From an uncultured Candidatus Actinomarina sp. (GTDB lineage Bacteria; Actinomycetota; Acidimicrobiia; Actinomarinales; Actinomarinaceae): a stretch of DNA of 64,000 nucleotides. The position numbers and the translations under genes are program-made. Location of the stretch: the NCBI GenBank assembly GCA_902526825.1, contig CABZMN010000001.1:139042-203041 (forward strand), in the 5' to 3' direction. The notes beneath the pieces are model-generated. The model worked only from the letters and a program-made list of their open reading frames with translations. It did no database searches and was not told the origin of the DNA. Below are positions 9,979 through 20,225 of the stretch, piece after piece; the stretch's first letter is position 1; every line of letters starts with the position of its first letter.

Positions 9979-11300
9979 AAATCTGGGATAATTTAATCGA
10001 GGATATTGGTAAATTAATTCCTGAAGATGTCGAGTGTGAGATAAAAATGATTAATTCTACAGAGTCTCTTACAAGGTTTGCCAACTCCCATATACATCAA
10101 AATGTTGAAGAGGAATTAACAGATATTTTTTTAACTTTCCATGCCGACGGAAAAACAACAAATTTAAATTTAAACATTACCTCTATGGGATCAATTGAAG
10201 ATATTATCAAAAAAGCTCTTTCAGAGATTGGGAACAACCCCAAAGACTCAACTTGGCCAGGTCTGACCAGTAAGGAAAATTCTTTTAACGGATATAAAGA
10301 CATATCTCCTGATGATCCTGACATCAGAGCACAAAAAGTAAAAGAATTTATAGAACAAGGTCAAACCTATAATGGTGCTGGTTATTGTTCTTCAAATGTA
10401 TCTAATGTTTTTGTATGGAACACCAATGGACTGAACTCTAGTGATACCGCAACAAGTGCCTTTTTAGATGGAATCTTTAGATCGGAGACATCTGCAGGTT
10501 CGTCTCATATTGGAAATAAAATCTTAAGTGATATAGATGCTCAGAAAGTTGGACAAGAAGCATTCTCAATAACTAAAGAATCTCAAAATCCAGAAGACAT
10601 TGACCCTGGAGTTTACGAGGTAATTTTAGGACCTGATGCGGTAAGTACAATTTTAGTTTTTCTATCTGTTTATGGATTTAATGCAAAGAGTAAAGTTGAT
10701 GGGACCTCTCCTATAGAAATAAATGTAGAGCAATTTGATGAAAAGATAAATCTAGAAGACGATCCACACAAAAAGGGAGCACTTAATTTTAAAATTGACG
10801 CATCAGGTGCACCTAAGAAAAAAATAGAAATAATTACAAATGGTATCCCAAAAACCTTTTTTCATACGAGACGGACAGCAAATGAACTTAATCAAAGCAA
10901 CACATTTCATGAAATGTTTGGATGGGGAGATAGTTTTGGGGGACTTGGAACAAATTTATATCTTAAGCCTGGTGACATTTCCAAAGAAGAAATGATTTCT
11001 AATGTTAAAAAAGGAATCTATATAAATGAATTTTGGTACTGTAGGGTTCTAGATCCTATAACTCAAGTAGTTACTGGTTTAAATAGAAATGGTTCATATT
11101 TAATTGAGAATGGTAAAGTAACAAAGCCTGTTGGAAGATTAAGATTTACACAAAGTTTTATGTCATCTTTAGGACAAGGTAACGTTTTGGGAGTTGGATC
11201 AGATAGTAGATTTGCTGATTCCGAATTTGGTGAAGGTATTTTAAATGTACCAATGTTGCATTTAAAAGAATTTAATTTCACCGGTGGTGTTTCTGGATAG
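9975..11300 (+). CDS. pmbA: Metalloprotease TldE/PmbA (TldD partner)
   Basis: 441 aa of the TldD/PmbA family lacking HExxxH. Translationally coupled to tldD by a 4-bp overlap. Confidence 0.7.
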   Translation: MKIWDNLIEDIGKLIPEDVECEIKMINSTESLTRFANSHIHQNVEEELTDIFLTFHADGKTTNLNLNITSMGSIEDIIKKALSEIGNNPKDSTWPGLTSKENSFNGYKDISPDDPDIRAQKVKEFIEQGQTYNGAGYCSSNVSNVFVWNTNGLNSSDTATSAFLDGIFRSETSAGSSHIGNKILSDIDAQKVGQEAFSITKESQNPEDIDPGVYEVILGPDAVSTILVFLSVYGFNAKSKVDGTSPIEINVEQFDEKINLEDDPHKKGALNFKIDASGAPKKKIEIITNGIPKTFFHTRRTANELNQSNTFHEMFGWGDSFGGLGTNLYLKPGDISKEEMISNVKKGIYINEFWYCRVLDPITQVVTGLNRNGSYLIENGKVTKPVGRLRFTQSFMSSLGQGNVLGVGSDSRFADSEFGEGILNVPMLHLKEFNFTGGVSG

Positions 11301-12063
11301 AAATTATTATTTTAGAGGAGAAAAACCAATCATAATTCCCCACAGGGGTGGAATTAATGTAGTCCCTGAAAATACTTTACATGCTTTAGAACATACAGTT
11401 GAAAACAATTTTACACACTTCGAAACTGATTTGAGAATGACAAAAGATGGGGAGATTATTTTAAATCATGATGCAACAATAAATAGAACAACTCATGAAA
11501 AAGGGAACATATCTGAGCTAGATTGGAAAGATTTAAAAAAAATTAATGCCGGATCAAAATTTTATGAAAGAAAAGATTTAAATATAAACACCAGCTTTGT
11601 TTTATTGAAAGAGGCCTTATCTATTTTTGATCAACTTTGCTTTAATTTAGATTTAAAAGAATCTGGTATGGCGGAAAAAGTATACAAAATAATAAAAGAG
11701 ACAAAGGCCGAAGATAGAACCCTAGTTTCTTCTTTTAGTCCATCACGATTGGATGAATTTATAGAGGTTTCTAATGGTGAAATATTAACTTCAGGATCAT
11801 TTAGGGAAAATGTCATTGCAAGATATTTTCCAACAAAAAAACGTAATCTTAAAATCCAAGCTCTTCAAGCACCTTTTATTTATAGAGGATTAAAAGTCCA
11901 CTCCAGAAAGTTGAAGGATTTTTGTGAAATCAATAACTTATATTTACATATTTGGACTGTAAATAATAATAAAGATTTTGACAAATGTTTGGAGTTTGGA
12001 TGTGATGGAATTATGACTGATGAACCATTAAAGCTTAGAACATATTTAGAGGGAAATAGCTAG
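11284..12063 (+). CDS. Glycerophosphodiester phosphodiesterase (GDPD family)
   Basis: 259 aa. 'IIPHRGG...PENTLHALEH...FETDLRMTKDGEIILNHDATINRTT' gives the GDPD catalytic His/Arg and Glu/Asp motifs. GTG start overlapping pmbA. Confidence 0.75.
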   Translation: MVFLDRNYYFRGEKPIIIPHRGGINVVPENTLHALEHTVENNFTHFETDLRMTKDGEIILNHDATINRTTHEKGNISELDWKDLKKINAGSKFYERKDLNINTSFVLLKEALSIFDQLCFNLDLKESGMAEKVYKIIKETKAEDRTLVSSFSPSRLDEFIEVSNGEILTSGSFRENVIARYFPTKKRNLKIQALQAPFIYRGLKVHSRKLKDFCEINNLYLHIWTVNNNKDFDKCLEFGCDGIMTDEPLKLRTYLEGNS

Positions 12064-13668
12064 TTACTTTGTATGAGACTTAATAAATTTTTCTGCATCT
12101 CCAAATATCTTCTTTTTTCTTTGAGGGTCCATCTTATCTAAAGACCTAGTAAGCAATGAAAGTCTAGGATTTGATTCGTAAAAACCTCTGTTTTTTTCAG
12201 TAAATCGCCAGTACAGTCCATCTAACGTATCACACCACTCACCTTTTTTATAATTACTCATTTTTAGTATGTAGTTTGATCCACAGGTATATGGCTTTGT
12301 TGACATCAAACCACCATCTGCATAAGTTGCCATGCCATAAACATTAGGAACCATTACCCAATCTGAAGAATCAATATACATCTCCATAAACCATTTGTAT
12401 ATTTCATCAGGATGTATTTCACAAAGATTCATAATATTACTTATCACCATCAAGCGTGGAATATGATGGACATAACCATCCCTTATTGTCGTTTTAATTG
12501 CATCGTCTAAAGGAATAATTCCTGTTTCACCCTCATACCAGGCATCAGTTAATTTATTCTTATGGTTCCAATAGTTCTGCTTGATTTGATATTCGCCTTC
12601 TTCTTGATATATCCCTCTAATAAATTCTCTCCATCCGATTATTTGTCTTATAAACCCTTCGAGAGAATTAATTGGAACATTATATTTATCTGCAAGTTTG
12701 ATTGATCTCTCAATAACATAAGAAGGAGTCAAAAGGCCAATATTTAAAAGTGAGCTTATACAGCTATGAAAAAGAAAATTTTCACCTTCCAACATTGCAT
12801 CCTCATAAATTCCAAAATTTAAAAAACGATTTTTTATGAATTCATCAAGTTGTTTGTTTGCATCTTTTCTAGTTACTGGAAACCATAAGTTTTTTAATTC
12901 TCCAGGATGATTTTGAAAATATTTACTGATTACTTTAATTACGTCATCTTTATGTATAGAGTCTTTAAAACTTGGTAATGAGGGTATTAATGTATCTTTT
13001 GGAATCTTTTTTCGGTTTTCTTCATCAAATGACCATTTACCTCCAACTGGTTGATCATTTTTATCCATTAAAATATTTAAGTCCCTTCTCGCTTTTTGAT
13101 AAAAAGATGCCATTCTATAAACTTTTTTTCCTTTTGCCATGTCATTAAACTTTTCTCTTTCAAAAATAAACATAGGGGATTTAATTACTTCTACATCAAT
13201 TGAATTTTCAATCATTCTTTTTAGGAATTTCTTCTCAAAAGGCTTGTCTTCCAGTTCAAAAATAAGGATTTTATCAATTCTTCTTTTTTTCAAAAAACTA
13301 ATCAGTAAGTCGAAGTAGTCTTTTTTGTCCTTTCTACTTTCAAGATCAAAATAATTGACTTTTATTTCTTTTTTATTTAGTTCATCTCGATATTCCCTCA
13401 TTGCAGTTAAGAACAGATAAATTTTTAATTTATGATGATTAACATATGTGCATAGACCATAATCTTCAGCCATAAAAACTTCATTGCAGTCTTGGTCTTT
13501 TAGATATTTTGGATCAAATAATTGATTTCCTAATATAACAAAAAAATTATCCTTCATGATTTCAAAACATAGTTTACCATTATTAGTAACAACAAAATAA
13601 ATCATAGGGGAGGACTGATTGGATTTTTCTATTATTAGGAAACGGCTTTCTGCCATCAAAAATATCAA
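12064..13668 (-). CDS. Cryptochrome/photolyase-family protein, FeS-BCP/(6-4)-photolyase-like (COG3046)
   Basis: 534 aa. N-terminal 'VILGNQLF', FAD-binding region 'GWREFIRGIY', and C-terminal 'DGGLMSTKPYTCGSNYILKMSNY...EWCDTL' with conserved Cys residues. This matches the COG3046 / PhrB-like family. Confidence 0.6.
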   Translation of the reverse strand: MIFLMAESRFLIIEKSNQSSPMIYFVVTNNGKLCFEIMKDNFFVILGNQLFDPKYLKDQDCNEVFMAEDYGLCTYVNHHKLKIYLFLTAMREYRDELNKKEIKVNYFDLESRKDKKDYFDLLISFLKKRRIDKILIFELEDKPFEKKFLKRMIENSIDVEVIKSPMFIFEREKFNDMAKGKKVYRMASFYQKARRDLNILMDKNDQPVGGKWSFDEENRKKIPKDTLIPSLPSFKDSIHKDDVIKVISKYFQNHPGELKNLWFPVTRKDANKQLDEFIKNRFLNFGIYEDAMLEGENFLFHSCISSLLNIGLLTPSYVIERSIKLADKYNVPINSLEGFIRQIIGWREFIRGIYQEEGEYQIKQNYWNHKNKLTDAWYEGETGIIPLDDAIKTTIRDGYVHHIPRLMVISNIMNLCEIHPDEIYKWFMEMYIDSSDWVMVPNVYGMATYADGGLMSTKPYTCGSNYILKMSNYKKGEWCDTLDGLYWRFTEKNRGFYESNPRLSLLTRSLDKMDPQRKKKIFGDAEKFIKSHTK

Positions 13669-13699
13669 TTATTCCGTCAAAAGAATTTGATTACATCGG

Positions 13700-14803
13700 A
13701 TGATTAAAAAACTTGGTATACCCAAAGAAATAAAACAAGATGAGGGAAGGGTAGCGTTAATACCTGAGCACATAACACAATTTACTGGCCTTGCTGATAT
13801 ATATGTTGAATCAGGTGCTGGTCAAGGCTCTGGGTTTTCAGATAAAGATTACGAATCTGCGGGTGCAAAAATACTATTCTCAGCTCAAGAATTATATGAA
13901 TCTTCAGAAATTATTTGCAAAGTGAAGGAACCACAAGAACAAGAATTTGATCTCTTAAAACCATCTCATGTTTTATTTGGATATTTACACTTAGCATCAA
14001 ATTTGTCAATGACAAAAAAGCTCTTAGAAAAAAAGTTAACGGCTATTGCTACTGAAATGATCATGGATGGAAATAAGTACCCTTTATTGATACCTATGTC
14101 CAAAATAGCTGGAAATCTAGCAATTCAAAAAGGAATGCAATTCTTAGAATATTCTTCACAAGGTAAAGGGCTGTTATTATCTTCAATTTCAGATGAAAGC
14201 AATTCAAAGGTAGTTGTTATTGGTTGTGGTGAAGTAGGCAAAGCATCAATTGATAAAGCTATTCAAATTGGAGCCTCTGTCGTTGCAATTGATTTAAATA
14301 AGGAAACTTTGACAGAACTAAAAAATAAATACGAAGATAAAATAACAACAATAATCGGTGGGAGTGAAGAGGCAAAAATGGCAGTTAGATCTGCAGATCT
14401 TGTTTTGGGAGCTGTACTATTGCCAGGAAGAAAGCCGCCTGTTGTAATTATGGAAGAAGACATTGATCAAATGGAAAAAGGCACCGTCATCATTGATGTT
14501 GCAATTGATCAAGGAGGGTGTGTAGAAAATGTTAAACCAAATACACATAGTGAACCATTTGAAATAAGAAATGGGGTAATAGTTTCAGCAATTGCAAACT
14601 TGCCAGGGGCAGTTCCAAAAACATCCTCAATAGAACTTTCTACAATCTTGCAAAATTATATAGATGATTTACTTATAGAGGATTGGTTTGAAAAATATAA
14701 AAGTAATCCAAATTTAAGACCTTCATTGCAGATACACAATGGAATGTTGTTATCTGTTGAGGTTGGAGATAGTTTAAGTTTGCCAGTAACTAAGTTAGTT
14801 TAG
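13700..14803 (+). CDS. ald: Alanine dehydrogenase
   Basis: 367 aa. 'GIPKEIKQDEGRVALIPE', 'VVVIGCGEVGKAS', 'SADLVLGAVLLPGRK', 'VIIDVAIDQGGCVE', and 'NLPGAVPKTSS', all closely matching Ald. Confidence 0.8.
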   Translation: MIKKLGIPKEIKQDEGRVALIPEHITQFTGLADIYVESGAGQGSGFSDKDYESAGAKILFSAQELYESSEIICKVKEPQEQEFDLLKPSHVLFGYLHLASNLSMTKKLLEKKLTAIATEMIMDGNKYPLLIPMSKIAGNLAIQKGMQFLEYSSQGKGLLLSSISDESNSKVVVIGCGEVGKASIDKAIQIGASVVAIDLNKETLTELKNKYEDKITTIIGGSEEAKMAVRSADLVLGAVLLPGRKPPVVIMEEDIDQMEKGTVIIDVAIDQGGCVENVKPNTHSEPFEIRNGVIVSAIANLPGAVPKTSSIELSTILQNYIDDLLIEDWFEKYKSNPNLRPSLQIHNGMLLSVEVGDSLSLPVTKLV

Positions 14804-15377
14804 GTTTCCAATCTTTTCTTGATTTACTAAAGTTCTCAATATCATTTATATATTCGAGAGTAATATCGATTTTATCAAGTCCTTCTAAAATTCTATTTTG
14901 AGAAAAGCCATCAAGATCAAACGTAAACTCAATCTCTTCACATTTAACAGACTTTTCCTCAATAGAGATATATATGTTTGTATTCGGATTATTTTCAATC
15001 TTGTTAAAAAGAGCCTCAACATTTTCTGAAGATGTTTCAATTGGCACAAGGCCAATATTTATAGAATTTAATTTAAATATATCTGCAAATTTTGTTGAAA
15101 TAATGGCATCAAACCCCCAATCTTGGAGTCCCCAAGGGGCGTGTTCTCGAGAAGAACCAGTTCCAAAATTATCACCCGTAATTAAAACTTTTGCTCCTTG
15201 ATGTTGTTTTTTATTTAATGAAAAATCTGGATCTTTTTTCCAGTCATAAAACAAAAATTCACCATAACCAGATCTCTCCACGCGTTTAAGAAATTGCTTC
15301 GGCATGATTTGATCAGTATCAACATTTGACATTTTTAAAGGAAGCATTGTTGAATTTATTAGATTAAGTTTTTTCAT
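14790..15377 (-). CDS. leuD: 3-isopropylmalate dehydratase small subunit
   Basis: 195 aa. 'ITGDNFGTGSSREHAPWGLQDWGF' is the LeuD signature. Confidence 0.85.
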   Translation of the reverse strand: MKKLNLINSTMLPLKMSNVDTDQIMPKQFLKRVERSGYGEFLFYDWKKDPDFSLNKKQHQGAKVLITGDNFGTGSSREHAPWGLQDWGFDAIISTKFADIFKLNSINIGLVPIETSSENVEALFNKIENNPNTNIYISIEEKSVKCEEIEFTFDLDGFSQNRILEGLDKIDITLEYINDIENFSKSRKDWKPKLT

Positions 15378-15378
15378 T

Positions 15379-16776
15379 TTATAAATCCCTTATGTCTACA
15401 AATTTTCCATGGATTGCAGCAGCTGCAGCCATTTTTGGACTTACTAAATGTGTTCTTCCCCCAGCTCCTTGTCTTCCTTCATAGTTCCTATTTGAAGTAG
15501 AAGCACAGCGTTCACCTGGACTTAATATATCTGGATTCATACCCAGACACATTGAACAACCTGCTTCTCTCCAATCAAAACCTGCATCAATAAAAATTTT
15601 GTCTAATCCTTCCTCCTCAGCCTGATTCTTTACAAGTGTTGATCCAGGAACAACCATAGCACCGACAGTTTTTGCAACTTTTTTGCCCTTAACTACCTGG
15701 GCCGCCTCTCTTAAATCTTCAATACGACCATTGGTACAACTGCCTATAAAAACTCTATCTAAATTGATTTCATTAATTTTTATTCCAGGCTCTAAATCCA
15801 TGTACTCTAAAGCTCTAATTGCTGCTTCTTTATCTGATTCATCTTGAAAATTATCAGGATGAGGAATTTTGTCATTAATAAATATAACTTGTGATGGATT
15901 TGTACCCCAAGATACTGATGGTTCAAGCTCACCAGCATTTATTGTTACAATTTTATCAAAAGTAGCGTCATCATCAGAAAAAAGTTCACCCCACTCATTT
16001 ATTGCATCATTCCAATCAGAGTCTTTAGGAGCATAATTTTTATCTTTTAAATAATTGAAAGTAGTTTCATCTGGAGCAATCATTCCTGCTCTTGCTCCAC
16101 CCTCGATTGACATATTACAAATTGTCATTCTATTCTCCATACTCATGTTTTTTATAACATCACCCACATATTCAATTACATGACCGGCTCCTCCTCCAGT
16201 TCCAATTTTTCTGATGATCCCTAAAATAATATCTTTAGGCCCAACTCCATCTGAGACATCTCCAATAACTTCAACTTTCATTGTTTTTGGCTTTTCCATT
16301 GCTAAAGTCTGAGTAGCTAAAACATGTTCAACCTCTGAAGTGCCAATTCCAAATGCTAGTGCTCCGAATGCTCCATGTGTTGCTGTATGGCTATCTCCAC
16401 AAACAATAGTCATTCCAGGTTGAGTAATCCCTTGTTCTGGTCCTATAACGTGAACGATTCCTTGACGGGGATCATTAATTCCAAAAAGAGTGACTCCAAA
16501 TTCCTTGCAATTTTTTTCCAGTGCTTCAATTTGAATTTTTGAAAGAGGATCTTTTATTCCCAATAGTCTGTTTGATGTTGGGACACCATGATCAACTGTT
16601 GCCAAAGTCAATTCAGGATATTTTACTTTTCGATTAGAAATTCGGAGACTATCAAAAGCCTGAGGTGACGTGACTTCATGGACAAGATGCAAATCAATAA
16701 ATATTAAATTTGTACTCTCATCAAGAGATGTAACTAGGTGATTATCCCAGATTTTATCAAATAAAGTTTTTCCCAT
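15379..16776 (-). CDS. leuC: 3-isopropylmalate dehydratase large subunit
   Basis: 465 aa. Aconitase-family Cys ligands '[11 protein letters not shown]', '[20 protein letters not shown]', and 'CSMCLGMN'. Confidence 0.9.
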   Translation of the reverse strand: MGKTLFDKIWDNHLVTSLDESTNLIFIDLHLVHEVTSPQAFDSLRISNRKVKYPELTLATVDHGVPTSNRLLGIKDPLSKIQIEALEKNCKEFGVTLFGINDPRQGIVHVIGPEQGITQPGMTIVCGDSHTATHGAFGALAFGIGTSEVEHVLATQTLAMEKPKTMKVEVIGDVSDGVGPKDIILGIIRKIGTGGGAGHVIEYVGDVIKNMSMENRMTICNMSIEGGARAGMIAPDETTFNYLKDKNYAPKDSDWNDAINEWGELFSDDDATFDKIVTINAGELEPSVSWGTNPSQVIFINDKIPHPDNFQDESDKEAAIRALEYMDLEPGIKINEINLDRVFIGSCTNGRIEDLREAAQVVKGKKVAKTVGAMVVPGSTLVKNQAEEEGLDKIFIDAGFDWREAGCSMCLGMNPDILSPGERCASTSNRNYEGRQGAGGRTHLVSPKMAAAAAIHGKFVDIRDL

Positions 16777-16868
16777 ATTAACTACAAATTATATTATTTT
16801 TTTTTATAAATTAATAGAGTTGTTTTAATCATTATCATTTAATTTATATATATTTAAAATAGGTCAAC

Positions 16869-18095
16869 ATGGAAACAATTATTGAAAAATTTCTCGAAAT
16901 TGCAATTATTTTAGTAGCAGCAAAAATTGGTGCTGAATTAATGAGAAGAATCAATCAACCTGCTGTTATAGGTGAACTTATCGTTGGAATAATTATTGGT
17001 TATTACGGGCTAGGCCTTCTTCCACACTTTGAAAAAGGAGATGTAGTATCTACTTTGGCTGAAATAGGTGTAGTACTTTTATTATTTGAAGTTGGGCTTG
17101 AGACTAATCTAGAAGAGTTTGTAGAGCTTGGTTCAACTTCAATTCTTGTTGCATTAATTGGTGTTGTAGCACCTTTTGCATTGGGATATGGTGCAATTTA
17201 TGCACTTGGTCTTGGAGGAGATAATCAATTTGAAATTGCACTTTTTGTCGGAGCAGCCATGACTGCTACTTCAGTTGGGATTACAGCAAGAGTCTTTGGT
17301 GATTTGGGAGCACTAAAGTCCAAAGAAGCAAAAACAATTATTGGCGCAGCGGTTGTCGACGACATACTTGGTCTTCTAATTTTGACTGTTGTTGCCGGTC
17401 TACTCGGTAGCACTGGAGAATTTGCATTAGTTGATTTAGCTATAATCACTGGCAAAGCCCTTGGATTTTTAATTGTCGTTGTGATACTTGGAAGGAAGTT
17501 ATCGCCAATCATTTTCAACTTTTTCGTAAAAATTCCATCACCTGGAACATTCATAACTGGAAGTTTTATTTTTGCTATGTTGTTAGGCGCAGCTGCACAT
17601 TTTGTGGGTCTTCATCCAATTGTAGGTGCATTCGCTGGAGGTGTAATTGCTGCTGAGTCAAAAATGACCAAAAGAATTAGAAGTGAAATGAAGCCACTAA
17701 ACTTTTTGTTAGTACCAATATTTTTTGTTTATATTGGTTCTGAAGTTAACATCCAAACGCTAGCCTCACCTGAAGTATTTTTGTATGGAATGTTAGTAAG
17801 CTTGTTAGCATTCGTTGGGAAATATGTTTCAGCACTTGGTGCTATGGGTAAAGGTTTTAACACTTCTTTAATTGGCATTGGCATGTCACCAAGAGGCGAA
17901 GTAGGGTTGATTTTCGTCGCTGTCGCAACTACAACTTTATCATCAATAATTACAGAAGATATTATTTCAATAATTATTTGGATGGTGATTGTAACAACGG
18001 TTATTGCACCAATTCTACTAAATAGGATTTTACAAAAGGTACCTCTTTCTGAAAGAGATGATGATGAAAGGTTCGAAACACCTGTTGTAGAATAA
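16869..18095 (+). CDS. Monovalent cation:proton antiporter (CPA1/CPA2, Na+/H+ exchanger family)
   Basis: 408 aa with ~11-12 TM helices. N-terminal 'AKIGAELMRRINQPAVIGELIVGIIIG' is typical of NhaP/Kef-type exchangers. Confidence 0.7.
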   Translation: METIIEKFLEIAIILVAAKIGAELMRRINQPAVIGELIVGIIIGYYGLGLLPHFEKGDVVSTLAEIGVVLLLFEVGLETNLEEFVELGSTSILVALIGVVAPFALGYGAIYALGLGGDNQFEIALFVGAAMTATSVGITARVFGDLGALKSKEAKTIIGAAVVDDILGLLILTVVAGLLGSTGEFALVDLAIITGKALGFLIVVVILGRKLSPIIFNFFVKIPSPGTFITGSFIFAMLLGAAAHFVGLHPIVGAFAGGVIAAESKMTKRIRSEMKPLNFLLVPIFFVYIGSEVNIQTLASPEVFLYGMLVSLLAFVGKYVSALGAMGKGFNTSLIGIGMSPRGEVGLIFVAVATTTLSSIITEDIISIIIWMVIVTTVIAPILLNRILQKVPLSERDDDERFETPVVE

Positions 18096-18140
18096 AAAGA
18101 TAAAAAAAATTAATATAATTAATATATATTTATTCACTAA

Positions 18141-20198
18141 TTGGGGGAATTAATGCTTTTAAATTATCAGGGTTCTATATTTGCTGCTATTTTAGGTTTA
18201 GTTTTAGCAGCCTATTTTGCAAACAGAATTTTAGCTATAAACGTTTCTGATGAAAAAGTAAGTAATCTATCAGATGCTATAAGAAAAGGCTCAATGGCTT
18301 TTTTAAAAAGACAATATTCTTGGATTAGTATTTTTGTTTTAGTCTTAGCTATCTTGATTCCTACTCTTACTGACCTTGGTGTTTGGGGGTCAGTATCATT
18401 TATTGGTGGTGCAGCATTTTCTTCTTTAGCTGGATTTATTGGAATGAGAATAGCAACAGCTGCAAATGGCAGAACAACTGAGGCTGCAAGAGACGGTGGA
18501 ACATTAAAAGCTTTGCCAGTTGCATTTAGAGGAGGAGCCGTAATGGGTTTCTCAGTTGCTGGTTTAGGACTGTTGGGAGTAGGTCTTGGATATTGGATTT
18601 TTGTTGAACTCCTAGAACTTGAAAACGCCTATGATATTTTGGCAGCAATAGGACTAGGAGGTTCTTCGATAGCTCTTTTTGCAAGAGTAGGTGGAGGAAT
18701 TTATACAAAAGCTGCGGATGTTGGCGCTGATTTAGTAGGTAAAGTTGAAGCTGGTATTCCTGAAGATGACCCTAGAAATCCAGCAACAATTGCAGACAAT
18801 GTAGGTGATAATGTTGGCGATGTCGCTGGTATGGGAGCAGATTTATTTGAAAGTTATGTCGGATCCCTTGTTGCACCATTAGCATATGCTGCAATTGTAT
18901 TTGCTAATTCGGAAGCATTGCCCTCTCTCTTATTTTTCCCACTTGCTGTAGGAACTATAGGAATGTTAGCTTCCATAGTTTCCTCATTTCTTGTCGTCCC
19001 TCAAGAAGGAAAGTTAGCACAAGCACTACACAGAGGAACTTATTCAGCTGCAGCTTTGACAGCAGGAGGTGTATTTTTTCTTTCTAACACAATGTTTGCC
19101 GATTACTCTGAAAATCCTATTGGTCTATTTATTTCAGTAATCGTTGGATTATTAGTTGGAATAACTGTTGGACAGATTTCAGAATGGTTCACGTCAGATC
19201 ATCATTCAATTGTTAAAAGTATTGCTGATCAAGCTAAGACAGGTCCTGCAACCCTTGTTCTTTCAGGAATTTCAGAAGGTATGAGATCTGCGGCTTTTTC
19301 AGTTATTGTTGTAGTTTTTGGTGTCTTTGGTGCTTACACGGCAGGTGATTGGGCTTTAGGAGCCGGCGGTGGTATTTATGGAGTTGCTGTGGCAGCTATT
19401 GGAGTTTTGGCAACATTAGGTATTACTGTTGCTGTTGATGCTTACGGACCAATAGCTGATAATGCTGGAGGTATTGCAGAAATGGCTCATTTAGATCCTG
19501 AGGTAAGAAAAGCTACAGATGAATTAGATTCTCTAGGAAACACTACTGCAGCTATCGCAAAAGGATTTGCAATTGGATCAGCTGCTGTAACAGCTTTAGC
19601 TTTATTTTCTGCTTTTGTTCAGAGTGCTGGTTTAGCCGAGTCTGGATTAAATATTACAAAAGTTGAAGTTACTCTTGGTTTGTTCTTGGGAGGAATGTTC
19701 CCATTTTTATTTGCAGCAATGACAATAAATGCTGTTGGAAGGGCTGCATTTAAGATGATAGAAGAAGTAAGAAGACAATTTAGAGAGATACCTGGCTTAA
19801 GAGAGGGTAAAGAAGGTGTTGTTCCAGAGTATGAAGAGTGTGTTGATATTGCTACTACAGCTGCGCTAAGAGAAATGTTACTACCTGGCGGACTAGCAAT
19901 TGTTTTGCCTTTAGTAATAGGATTTTGGAATAAAGAAGCACTAGGAGGATTTCTTGCTGGAGCACTTGTAACAGGATTTTTGCTTGCAATATTCATGGCA
20001 AACTCAGGTGGTGCATGGGATAATGCAAAAAAATATATTGAGGCAGGTGGAGGTGCTGGTAAAGGTTCAGATGAACATAAGGCTGCCGTTATAGGTGACA
20101 CAATTGGAGATCCATTTAAAGATACTTCTGGTCCAGCTATGAATATTGTCATTAAAGTAATGACAATCGTAAGCCTTATATTCGCATCTGCGTTTTGA
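18141..20198 (+). CDS. hppA: Membrane-integral pyrophosphate-energised cation pump (K+-dependent type H+/Na+-PPase)
   Basis: 685 aa. 'GGIYTKAADVGADLVGKVE', 'DNVGDNVGDVAGMGADLFES', and 'GNTTAAIAKGFAIGSAA' (Ala at the K+-dependence switch position). TTG start in the track, with an alternative ATG at 18153. Confidence 0.9.
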   Translation: MGELMLLNYQGSIFAAILGLVLAAYFANRILAINVSDEKVSNLSDAIRKGSMAFLKRQYSWISIFVLVLAILIPTLTDLGVWGSVSFIGGAAFSSLAGFIGMRIATAANGRTTEAARDGGTLKALPVAFRGGAVMGFSVAGLGLLGVGLGYWIFVELLELENAYDILAAIGLGGSSIALFARVGGGIYTKAADVGADLVGKVEAGIPEDDPRNPATIADNVGDNVGDVAGMGADLFESYVGSLVAPLAYAAIVFANSEALPSLLFFPLAVGTIGMLASIVSSFLVVPQEGKLAQALHRGTYSAAALTAGGVFFLSNTMFADYSENPIGLFISVIVGLLVGITVGQISEWFTSDHHSIVKSIADQAKTGPATLVLSGISEGMRSAAFSVIVVVFGVFGAYTAGDWALGAGGGIYGVAVAAIGVLATLGITVAVDAYGPIADNAGGIAEMAHLDPEVRKATDELDSLGNTTAAIAKGFAIGSAAVTALALFSAFVQSAGLAESGLNITKVEVTLGLFLGGMFPFLFAAMTINAVGRAAFKMIEEVRRQFREIPGLREGKEGVVPEYEECVDIATTAALREMLLPGGLAIVLPLVIGFWNKEALGGFLAGALVTGFLLAIFMANSGGAWDNAKKYIEAGGGAGKGSDEHKAAVIGDTIGDPFKDTSGPAMNIVIKVMTIVSLIFASAF

Positions 20199-20225
20199 TA
20201 AAAATAATTTAAAAAAAACTAATTA

